Virus record (IMG/VR): IMGVR_UViG_3300037296_000151
Location: 1-59,596 of that record
Strand: one strand, 5' to 3'
Length of the DNA stretch: 59,596 bases
Source: a virus
Taxonomy: Duplodnaviria > Caudoviricetes
Part shown: positions 18,901 to 30,900 of the stretch, piece by piece
Layout of the letters: each line of letters opens with the position of its first letter
Position numbering within the stretch: position 1 is the stretch's first letter
Made by a program: the position numbers and the translations under genes
Notes under the pieces: model-generated
What the model was told of the DNA's origin: nothing
What the model saw: the letters and a program-made list of their open reading frames with translations, nothing else
Database searches by the model: none

Positions 18901-21900
18901 CGGAGCCGGAAGCGGTTCAAGGCGACGACTTCGACCGAGATATGACCGACAAGATGATTTCGGTTCGCGCCGACATCAGGGCGAAGGAGCCGGTCACGGT
19001 TACAGGGTCAAAGGTAACCATCGGCAAAAACACGATCACAACGCGCGAATATCAAGAGCAGTTGGCGCGTATCACGAGCGAGGACGCGCACAACGCCAGC
19101 ATGAAGGCTGCGCTCCGATCCAAGCTCGCAGAATTGGCCGCGACCGAGCCGGAAGCCGCCCCAGAGGCCGCAGCCGAGCCGACCATCGAGAATATCCGCA
19201 CCAAGGCCGCCGTGCTGCGTGGTGTTCCCAAGGATCAAGCCCCTGACGTGGGCAACGTCTCCCTGAAATGGGACGACCGCGAAGGCGGGTTCATCTTCTC
19301 CCGCAAGCATACCGACAAGGTGCGCGCGGCGCTTGAAGCGTCACGCCCCACCACCCCTGAAACAGAGGTGGGGCAGGGTGAGGCAACGGAGCCGGATCAG
19401 AAGCCCATAGGCGCTCGAACCGACAGCGGGCCGCGCGTCCTAATCAACCTTGTGGGGCCGGATGGCCTGACGGATGCCGAGCGTGGCAAGCCTTACGAGA
19501 AGGCCGAAGAGACACCAGCGCCGAAGCCGGAAGAGGCGAAGCCCGCCGACGCCCCTGAAATCACGGTGCATACGACCGGGGGTAGCCTTGGCAGCATGAC
19601 GATCAACGGGGCGAAAGCTATCGCAATCTCTCTGGTTGCTGACGGTCGCGGCAAGTCGAGCGGCATGGATCGTGGCTTTAAGCACTATGCCGATCAGTGG
19701 TTCGGCAAGAACCGGATCAAGAGCCCGAAAGGTCATATCTTCATCCAGCCGGATCACGCTCTCGATGCTTTCTATTTCAAGCGTTCGGAGATTGAGGCGT
19801 ATCTGAACCGCGGGAAAACGAAACCCGACGCCAAGCCCGCGCCCAAGGCACCGGCCAAGAAGACGACCGGCGCGGATCGCCCCATGGCTGACCTGACAAA
19901 GCTCGACTACGAGGGCTTTGACGATAAGACCCGCGAGGACGGGCAGAACAGCCCCGGCAAGCGCGAGGCGCGCAGCGAGACGGGCCGTTGGGCGCGTTCC
20001 GTGGTCAAACTGCTGCGCGAGGCAGGCTTCACCGACACGCTCAACGCTAAGGGCAAGAAGCAGAAGGCGGTATCGTTCGGTTGGGGTATGCGCCATGAAC
20101 CCGACGAGACGAGCATCCACCTGACAGCGCCCAATGGGGCAGACCTCTATGTGCGCATGGGGTCGTCTATGTCGCGGGGTAAGGCTCTAAGCATCCTTGT
20201 GCAGTTCCGTGGCGAGCCGGAAAAGCCCGGCTACAGCAAGTCGTTCCTTGGCAGCAACGAGTTCCTCGATGAAACCATGACGCCCGCAGAGGCGGTGGAG
20301 AAGATCATCCAGTGGTCTAAGCGGGGCGATCCGAAGCAGGAGAAGGCGAAGGAAGAACCGACCGCATGGAAGCCTACGGTTGAAAATTACCCGTTCTCAG
20401 ACAGCGAGGCGGGAAATCCCGGCCCGCAGGCCCGCCGTTGGTTTGAGGCCGCATCAGATGATCTGTTGCTTAACCCAAAGGTCAATGGGTTCGGTCTGGC
20501 GGACAACTGGCTGCGCGCAGAATTAAAGCGACGGAAGATTGGGATATACACTCCATCCGACAAGGAGGCCGAGCCTGCCGAGAAGCCCGCGCCGGTTAAG
20601 GACACCACGCCCGCCGCTGACGCCTCCCCAGACTTCGACGCCATGTTTGACGATGTGCGCGCAGAGGTGGAAGGCAAGCCGGAGCCGAAGGTATCGAAGG
20701 CCGACCGTGATGCAGAACGCGCTAAGGCCGCAGGGGCGCAAGCCGCGCTCGATGGCCGCGAGCGTCAGACGCCGGGCTGGGCCGTTGGCACGCCTGCGGC
20801 GAGGGTGTGGATCGACGCCTACGACAGCACGAAGAAAGCCGACAAGGCCGAGGGCTGGCAGTCGAACAAGGGTCTATCGCTATTCAAGCGCGTCATGGGG
20901 CAGAGCAACAACAGCTTGGAGGACATGCGAACCGGCGTGTTCCCCGAAGTGGCCGAGTATGCCGATTGGCTGGGCAGCCTGACAGACGCCGAGCTTGATA
21001 AGATCGCGCCTGTGTTCCGTGACGACTTCAACCCATTCCACGGCGCAACCTTCCTTGGCAACGGCGGGATTGCCGAAGCAGAGGCCGCCTTTGCAGAGGT
21101 CGGCGTGGTGCGCGAGAAGCCGGAGGCCGATGCCGAAGTATCCGCGCAGCAGGAGCGCGATGATTGGGCGCGGCAGCTTGAAGATGGCTATGACCTCTAC
21201 GCGCCGGGTGAGGTGATCCCCGACGCAGGACCGGGGGCGATCCCGTTCAAGCAGTGGACCGTAGTTTCCCCCGGCCAGTTCGCAGCGGGTGTAGGCGACA
21301 GCCCCCAGCAGGCGGTAGAGGCATATCTGAACCGCCAAGACGAAGGCGACAGTGCGCCACAGGACCGCAGCGCGGGCGAGGCGGCCAGCAGCGCCGCCAA
21401 AAACACCGGACAGGCCGTAAACGACGCGCTGGACGGGCTGGTTGAGCTATTCGGGGGCAAGAACACCCTAAGCTCCGGCCTGACCTTCTCTGCCGAAACC
21501 TACGAAAAGGCCAAGCCGCTTTTCATTGCGGCCGCACAAGGTTTCCGCGATGCCGGGCGCGACATCAAGGACGTGATGCGGGCCGTGGTGCGCGAGCTTG
21601 TGGGCCGTGGTGCCAACCTCGATCAGATGAAGCCCTATGTGGTTCGCTTTACCGAAGACGTTCATTCTGGTAAAATCAGCCTCAACCCCGATCAGGAGAC
21701 GCCCGATGCTGGCCGACCAGTACGCCAAAACGCTGATGAACCATTGGCAGGAGTGGAGCCCGAAGCGGTTTCGCCGGATGCAGAAGGCGGGAACGCTGGA
21801 GCAGGAAGCGAACAAGCAGGGGCGCGAAATCGAGGACCGCGTAAAAGTGATGATGCGTCAGGGGATGCAGCGCCACGAGGCGGAAGAAATGGTAAGGGAC

Positions 21901-24900
21901 GACCTGTATCCGGCACCCGAAGCCGACTAGAAGACCCCCAAACCCCTAAATCTAAAGCGGTCAAGAAGTCCCGTAACTCGGAAATCCCGCAAGCGGATTT
22001 CGAGATTACCGACGATCTGCGTCTTGGTCGGGGCGGCGAAGCTGAGAAGTTCAGCGACAACATCGCGGCCATTGAAACCCTCAAAGCCATCGAGGCCGAA
22101 AACCGCCGCGCCACGCCCGACGAACAATCTGTGCTGGCGCGCTATGTCGGCTGGGGCGGGCTTGCCAACGCCTTCCGCGTTGCGGGCTCCGCAGAGGGCG
22201 AGGGCGTGGCGAAGGGTTGGGAGAAGCGCGTAGCGCAGCTTGAAGACCTCCTTGAACCAGAAGAGCTAAAGGCCGCGCGCAATTCGACCAAGGCCGCGCA
22301 CTACACCTCTGAGCTTGTGACCAAGGCCGTGTGGAAGGCCGCGCAGAAAGCGGGTTTCCGTGGCGGCGCTGTGTTGGAGCCCTCCGTGGGCATCGGTAAC
22401 TTCCTTGGCTTGATGCCGAAGGAATTGCGCGGAAAGAGCCCGGTCATGGCCGTGGAATACGACAGCCTGACCGCGCGTATCGCCAAGCACCTCTACCCCA
22501 ACGCGACTGTGCTGCACTCTGGCTTTCAGGACGTGCCGTTGCCGGATGGGCAATTCGCCTTGGCAACGGGCAACCCGCCCTTTGGCCGCGACCGCCTGCG
22601 GTTCCAGCACTTGCCCGGCATCAACGGCAAGACGATCCACCACCAGTTCTTCGAGGCATCGCTTCACGCTCTAGAGCCGGGCGGCATCCTCTCTATGGTT
22701 GTGAGCCGCTACATCATGGACGGTAAATCGGCAGAGAACCGTATCTCGCTGGCACGCCGGGCCGAGCTTGTGGGCGCGATCCGCCTGCCATCGTCGGCTT
22801 TCCGCGAGAACGCGCGCACCGAAGTCGTCACTGACATTCTGGTGTTCCGCAAGCATGAGGCTACGCCCGACGAGGTGAACGCGGCCATCTTCATCGCCAC
22901 CGGCCAAGGCTCGCTCCCGAAAGACATCACGACCGAGGGCATGGAGACAGCGCAGCGGCTTGCCGATGGCATGAAGAAGTGGCTCAACGTCACCGAGTTC
23001 CAAGACCCGAAGGGCTCCGGCGAAACGCTGGCGATGAACGAGTATTTCCACCGCAACCCTTCAATGGTTGTGGGCGAGATTGGCGCTACCGGCACCATGC
23101 ACAAATCCAACGAGCTAGGCGTCACGCTGGACGCCTCTGAGCTTCCGGCAAAGCTGGAAGCCGCCATCGAGCGCCTGCCAGAGCGTGCGCCCAAGGATGG
23201 CATCGCAGAGCGCACCGCCGAGCGTTTCGAGCGCCTGTCAGATGCCATGCGCCTATCCCTTCTGGGGGTGGAGCCCGGCGACGTGCGCGTTGACGAGGAT
23301 GGCCGCATTATCTCCGTGGTCGAGCAGATGGATGGCGACAAGCCGATCCTCTCCGAGCAGGAGATTAACGCAGACACGCCCTATACCGCTGAGTATTTCA
23401 TCGGCACGGACGGGAAATGGCGCCGGGAAATCGACAAGCTCGATGCCGATGGCAAAAAGATCAAACGCAAGAACAAAGAGGGCAAGCTCACCAACCTTAA
23501 CGTGAAGGAGGTTCAGGTGGTGGAAGACCCCGCCTCGATCCCTTCTGCGGCGAAGTGGGGCGAGAAGCGCATTGAACAGCTTCGGGACATGCTGCCAATC
23601 CGCGATGCCTTCAAGCGGCAGGTAGAGCTTGAGGCGCAGAACGCGACCGACAAGAAGATCGAGGCCAACAGGCAGGCGCTCAAGGCGGCCTATGACAGCT
23701 TCAAGAAGAAGCATGGGGCGCTGCACCAGCCGCGTATCCGCAACATCACTGATGGGTTGCCTGATGGCGGCCTTATCCTCGCCGTGGAAGAGTTGACCTC
23801 TAAGCCGGGCGAGCGTCAGGTAAAGGTGGCAGACGCGCCGATCCTTTCCAAGCGGATCATCACGCCGACCGTCGCGCGCGAGAGCGCGGCCAACATGGAC
23901 GAGGCGATCACCATTTCCCTGTCCGAGACGGGCGGGCTCGATACCGAGCGCATGGCAAGCCTTCTGGGCAAGAGCGTGCCCGACATCGAGGCGGCCTTGG
24001 CCGAGGGTGACGCGCCGCGCGGGTTCTACGATCCAGAGCAATCCAAGTGGGTCACATCGGATGAATACCTATCCGGCGAAGTGCGCCGCAAGCTGGCCGC
24101 CGCAGAGCGTGCCGGGCTCGATGCCAACGTCGATGCACTGAACAAGGTTGCGCCTGCACCATGGGGACCAGCCGAGATTACCCCGGCGCTTGGGGCCAAC
24201 TGGATACCGCGTCAGGTCTATGCCGATTTCCTCAAGCACCTTGGCTACAAAACCGCCGCGGTGAAGTATCAAGCCTTGACCAACACCTATGGCATCGACG
24301 TCGATGGCAAGCCCGGCGCAGCGTGGGCAACATCGGGCCGTGCATGGTCGCCTGTGAAGATCACAGAAGCGATGATGAATAGTTCGTCTATCCGCGTGAC
24401 CTACAGGAACGCCGACGACAAGACGGTGGTGGATGAAGAGGCCACCGCCGAGAGCCAATCCAAGGGCGAGGAAATCTTCAACGAGTTCCAAGATTGGGCC
24501 TTTGCCGATCAGGCGCGGCGCGATCAGCTTGTCGAGATTTTCAACGGCCTGTTTAACACGCGCGTCACCCGCCAGCGTGACGGTTCGCACCTGTCACTGC
24601 CGGGGGCCAATCCCTCGATCAAGATGCGCCGCCACCAGAACAACGCCATCTGGCGCGGCATCACTGACAGGGTTGTGCTCTACGATCACGTTGTCGGCGC
24701 GGGCAAGACCTTCACCGCCATTGCGCGGGTGATGGAGCGCCGCCGGATGGGCTTGTCCCGCAAGCCTATGATTGTGGTCCCTAACCACCTGACAGAGCAG
24801 TGGGCGAAGGATTGGCGGTTGCTCTATCCCGGCGCGAAACTGCTTGTCGCTGGCAAGAAGGACTTCGAGAAGGTCAATCGTCGCCGCCTCTTCGCGCGGA

Positions 24901-27900
24901 TCGCTGCGGGCGATTATGACGCGGTAATCATCGGCCATAGCCAGATCACTATGGTTGCGATGGACCCAGAGGTAGAAATTAAATACCTCGAAGACGAGCT
25001 GAGGAACGCGCTCGATGCCGTGAAAGAGGCCGAGGATCAGGCGGCAGAGGATGGCACCGACAGCGGGCGTTTCAAACCCTTCGGCGTGAAGGAGGCCGAG
25101 CGCCTTGTCACCAAGCTGGAAGAGCGCATGGCAAAGGTGCGCTCCAAGAAGCGCGACAACCTCATTACCTTTCAGCAGATGGGCGTTGACGACCTGACGA
25201 TTGACGAGGCGCATGAGTTCAAGAACCTCGCCTATTCCTCGCGCCTGACCGGCGTTTCCGGCATGGGCAACAAAGAGGGCTCGCAGAAGGCCATCGACTT
25301 GCACCTCAAGCTGCGCTCGCTGCATGACAGCAACGCCTCGATGTCTTTCCTGACCGGCACGCCTATCTCTAACTCAGTCTCCGAAATGTACCTGTTGCTG
25401 CGCAACCTCGCGCCCAACCAGTTGCGCGAAATGGGGCTGGAAAACTTTGACGCTTGGCGCTCTATGTTCGTCTCTGCCACCTCCGAGTGGGAGCCGACCG
25501 AGGCGGGCGGGCTGAAAGAGGTCACGCGCCTTGGCCGCGAGTGGACGAACATGCGTACGCTCATGGACCTCTACTATTCGGTGTCCGACGCGGTGACGCT
25601 GGACGACATCAAAGAAGCCTACGCCGAGGACAACAACGGGGCCGAGTTCCCTGTCCCGCGCGTGAAGGGCGACAAGAAGGGCGAAGGCCGCCGCATGGTC
25701 GCGGTAAAGCCGGGGCCAGAGCAGACCCGCATCCTCAATGATATTGTGGCGGGCTTCGATGGCCTGCCCGGTATTTCTGACCCGATGGAGCGTGCCGCCG
25801 AGCGGCTGCGCCTCATGGACAAGGCGCGCAAGGTGGCGCTCGATCCCCGCGCCGTGGACCCAAAGAACGCGGCTGACCCCGAAGGCGGGAAGATCCGGGC
25901 CGTGGTCGATAACATCGCGCGCATCTACCGGGCATTTGATGCCGACAAAGGCACGCAGGTTGTGTTCCTTGACCGATCGGTTCCGAAGTCGAAGGGCGAT
26001 AAGAAGGTGGTGGCCGAGTATGACGCGGCCCTGAAAGCCTATGACGACGCAATCAGGGCGCAGGACGACAAGAAGATCGCGGCCGCCATCGAGAAGCTCG
26101 AAAAGTTCGACAATAACGACATCGACGCCCGGCGCGCGGCTCTGGCCGGGGGCTGGAACGCTTATGACGAAATCAAGGATCAGCTTGTAGCGCAGGGCAT
26201 CCCAGAGCACGAAATCGCCTTTGTGCAGAACGCTGATACCGAAGTGAAGAAGAAGTCGCTCTTTGCCGAGGTGCGCAGCGGCAAGGTGCGCGTGATCCTT
26301 GGATCGACCCCGCGCATGGGGGCAGGGACCAACGTGCAGGATCGCCTTGTGGCGCTGCACCACGTCGATGTGACGTGGAAGCCTTCGGACATCGAGCAGC
26401 GGGAAGGCCGGATCGTGCGCCAAGGCAACATGCTCTTGGATCAGTACGGGCAGGCAGATTTTGAAGTCGAGGTGCTGGCTTATGCCACCGAGCGCACCGT
26501 CGATGCTAAAATGTGGGACTTGAACGGCCAGAAGCTCCGCGCGATCAACGGTATCCGCAAGTACGATGGCAGCTTCCTCATGGAATTTGAGGACGCCGAA
26601 AGCGCCTCGATGGCGGAAATGGCGGCGCTTGCCACCGGCAACCCGCTCATGGTGGAGCGGATTAAGCTGGACGGGGCGAAAAAGAAGTTGCTGGCCAAGC
26701 AACGGACCTTCAACAAGCAGCGCAACGCCAACCGGGCCAAGCTCTCAAGCGCCGAGCGCACGCTCGATACAGCCGACGCGCGGGCCGCTCTATACGAACA
26801 GACAGCCAAGGCGATCCAGAAGGCGCGCGATGAAATCGAAAAGCGCAGCGCCAAGCGGTCTATCGAGGTCGAAGGCAAGACCTATGGCAGCATAGATGAA
26901 GCCGTGGATGCCATCGACGCAGCCATTGCCGAGCAGCGCGGCGACAAGGAGAACGGGCGCTTCCGCATCAAGATCGCGGGGCTCCCGGTGACGACGCAGA
27001 GCGATGCTTCCAAGTTGGTGCGCGAGGCATTTGGCCGGGAGGGCTTCGAGGCCAGCGTTGGCGGGGAAACCTTCATCGACCCCCACGAGGCAGGCAAGGC
27101 GATGGCCAGTGCGCTAAACAAGGCGCTGGCCGATCAGGCGAACCTCGACACGCAGTCTCTTGATGGGCTTTCTGTCATGGGGATGGCGCTAGAGGTCACA
27201 GTAAACGATAGCTGGGGCGGCGATAAATCCGCCTCTGTTTCGGTGCTCCACGACGGGCGGGAAGTGTGGGAAAACACCTACTACAGCAAGAATGGCGCAA
27301 TCACTTCCGGCGAGTTCACAGCCACACTCAACAAGATCGACAGGACGCTCACGCCAGATCGTTTTGAAGGTGCTGCGCAGTACCAGCGGGATGCCAAGGC
27401 CGAAGCCATTGCCGAAATTCCAGAGATCAAGAAGACGCTGGAAAGGGAGTGGCCGCAGGCGGGCGAGCTTGACGAGGTAAACAAACGGCTGGACACGGTA
27501 ATCGCCGGGCTGGAAGGAGGGACCAATGCCGCGCAAGAGCCAGAGGGCGAGGGCGACCTGAAAGCCAAGCGCCGCGTCACCGGGCGGGGCATCCCCTATT
27601 CCAAGGAAGTCGGGCAGGCGGTTATTCAAGACCTCAAGGCCGAGCTTAAACAGGCTGGGATCGAGGGCCGCGTGCGCCTGCACATCGCGCCGAAGTTCAA
27701 CCATCAAGGCCAAACCCTCGATGGCTACTTCCTCGATGGCATGATCGGCGTGGGCACTGAGGCGCATGATGGCGCTATGGGTATCCTGCGCCATGAAATC
27801 ATCCACGCGCTGCGTGACAGCCGCCTCTGGGGGCAGTCGCATGGGCTCTTTACCCCTGCGGAGTGGCGCGCTCTGGTGCGTGCCGCGCGCACGGACAAGC

Positions 27901-30900
27901 GCCTCATGGATCAGGTGAGCGAGATGTATCCCAATCTGACCGGGCCTGACCTTGTGGAAGAAGCCATCGCGGAAATGTACCGCGAGTGGTCGGACAAGAA
28001 AGACCGCGATCTATCGAGCCCGCAAGGCAAGGCGATGGAGAAGCTGCGCCAGATCATCGAGGCTATCGTCAACGCGCTACGCGCCAACGGGGCCAACGAG
28101 GCGGCGGCAGTGTTTGACCGTATCCGGTCGGGCGAAATCGGCGGGCGCGGGCCTGACGGGACCAGCCCGCAAGGGCCGGGGGGCGGCGTCAAGGCGCGTG
28201 TCTCGGGCAAGGGCATCACGCGGGGCATCCCCTTCGGCACCGCGCACCTCAAGACCCAGAACGTCAAAGAACGGGTGTCGAGCTTCCTCACCGACGTTAT
28301 GGGCGGCGGCGTGCAGGCCGGGGCAAATGCGCTTGGCCTTGTGCCGGGCCGCCCCTTGATCGAAGAGCTAGGCAAGCGCCTGCCAGCACTGCAACGCTAT
28401 CTCGGACTGAAAGAGAAGATGGACGCCGACCGGCAGCAGTGGCACGCCAAGACCGATGAAGTCGCGCAAGAGTGGATCAAGCTGGGCAAGAAGGATACCG
28501 AGGCCAATGGCCGCCTTATGGACCTGATGCACCGCTCCACCATTGCGGGCGTCGATCCTTCCAAAAACTTCGCCGTGTTCAAGGGCGAGAAGGCCAGCGA
28601 CAGGAATGCACGTTACCGCTCTTTCGCGTCGTTCAAGGCTGAGTTCGATGCTCTGCCGGCCGATTTTCAGGAGATGTTCGGCAAGGTGAAGGACGCCTAT
28701 ACTGAAATGGCCGACGCCTTCGAGGAAGCCGTGCTTGAGAACGTGCGCAGCGCGCAGCAAGTGGCCTTGCGCAAAGCGGAGCGGGCCTACCGCAAAGCAG
28801 TCAAGCGCGTAGAAGATGATGGGCTCACAGGGCAGGAGCGCGACGACGCGCTCGCAGAGGCGCAAGCGCGTGTCGATGCCGCCCGCGCTAATGTCGGATG
28901 GGCGCAGAAGGCGCGGCTCGCGTCCCTGCGATCCGAGTTCGAAAGCAACCGGCTGACCGGCCCTTATTTTCCCCTGGCACGTTTCGGCAACTACTTCGTT
29001 GGCGGGCGCAATCCCAAGAGTGGCGAGATTGAAACGTTCTCTCGGTTTGAAAGCGAGCAGGACCAGAAAGAGGAAAGCCGCCGCCTTGAGGAAGAGGGTT
29101 ATGAAGTCGAAAGTGGCGTGCTGGGCGGGCAGGATGCCGACCTGAAAGGCATGGTCGATCCTAACTTTGTGGCCGATATTCAGGAGCTACTTGCCGACAG
29201 CGGCGCAGATGAAGGTATCATGGACGCTGTGTGGCAACGCTGGCTGGAAACCTTGCCGGATATGTCCGTGCGTAAGAACCGTATCCACCGGAAGGGGCGT
29301 GCGGGCTTTAGCAAGGACGCGCTTCGTGCCTTCGCGCACCACCAGTTCCACGGCGCTCACCAGCTTGCGCGCCTGCGCTATGGCCTCAAGATGGGCGACG
29401 AAATCGACCAAGCCTATGAGGAAAGCGAAGAGGTAGCTGATGCGACCAACCGCAACCGGGCAACGCTGGTGGTCGATGAAGTCGCGCGCCGCCATAAAGA
29501 AACCATGCGCCCGAAGGTGGCCGCATGGGCGAGCGCAATGTCGGGGCTGGCTTTCACTTGGTATCTGGCGCAGACCCCCGCCGCCGCTATCGTCAACCTG
29601 TCTCAGACAACCGTGGTCGGCGTGCCGTTGATGAAGGCGGCCTTCGCGGGCTCTTCGGTGAAGGACGTGACCGTTGAGCTTGGCAAGGCGGCAGCGGAAT
29701 TTGCGCGTGGCGGTGTCAACAAGGGGGCGGAAGCCTCCAAGAACCTAACGGAAAAGGAGCGCGAGGCGATGCGCGAGGCGCATAAGCGCGGCATCGTGGA
29801 CAAGACGCAGGCGCATGACATCGCAGGCGTTCAAGAAACGGGGCTCGAATACTCTGGCGAGCGCGAGAAGTGGATGAAGCGCCTTTCGTGGATGTTCCAC
29901 AAGGCCGAGGTGGCAAACCGCGAGACGACCTTCCTCGCCTCTTACCGGATGGCGCGCAAGAACGGCTCGCCGCACGCCGAGGCCATCGAGAAGGCGGGCA
30001 AGCTGACGTGGAAGATCCACTTCGACTATCAGCACAGCAGCCGCCCGCGCTTCATGCAGAACGATTACATGCGCGTGCTGACCATCTTCCGCCAATTCAC
30101 CGTGAACATGCTTTACCGCATGGCACGAGACACGCACCAATCGCTGAAAGGGGCGACCCCAGAAGAGCGCACCGAGGCGCGGGCGCAGTTGGCAGGCATT
30201 ACGCTCTCCATGGCCGCGCACGCGGGCATCACAGGCGTTTGGGGCTATGGGCTGGTTATGTCGGTGCTGGGCATGATCCTGCCCGGCATGGACGACGACG
30301 ACGTTGAGGAATGGGTGCAAGACGCGCTCTTGCTCGAAGGCGACAGCATCGGCACGGCGGCATGGAATTACGCGATGGGCATGGCGCTCAAGGGCGTTCC
30401 CGGCCACGTCACCGGCATCAATCTGACCAGCCGTATCGGCATGGCTGACCTTTGGTTCCGCGCGCCGTACAAAGACCTCGAAGCCGAAGACAGCATCCAG
30501 CACTACATGAACGAGCTTGCCGGTCCTATCCCGTCTATCGCGTTCAGCGTAGGCCGGGGCATCGAGCAGGTGTTGAACGCGGGCTCCTTCCGCGAGGTTA
30601 TGCGCGGCGTCGAAACGGCAACGCCAAAGGCAGTCAACGATTTACTGCAAGCTGGCCGCTATGCAGTCGAAGGGGTGCAGACGCGCCGCGGCGATCCGGT
30701 GCTCGAAGACGTGGGCATGAAGGACGTGCTAGTGCAGGCGTTTGGCTTCACCCCTGCGGCAGTGGGCGAGGCTTACGACAAGGCCGGGCGCATGAAGCAG
30801 CTAGAGCAGCGGATCACCGACAAGCGGTCGCGCCTGCAACAGCGGGTTGGTGATGCGGTTCTCAAGGGCAAGCCGGTCAGCGAGAAGCTGATGCGACAGA

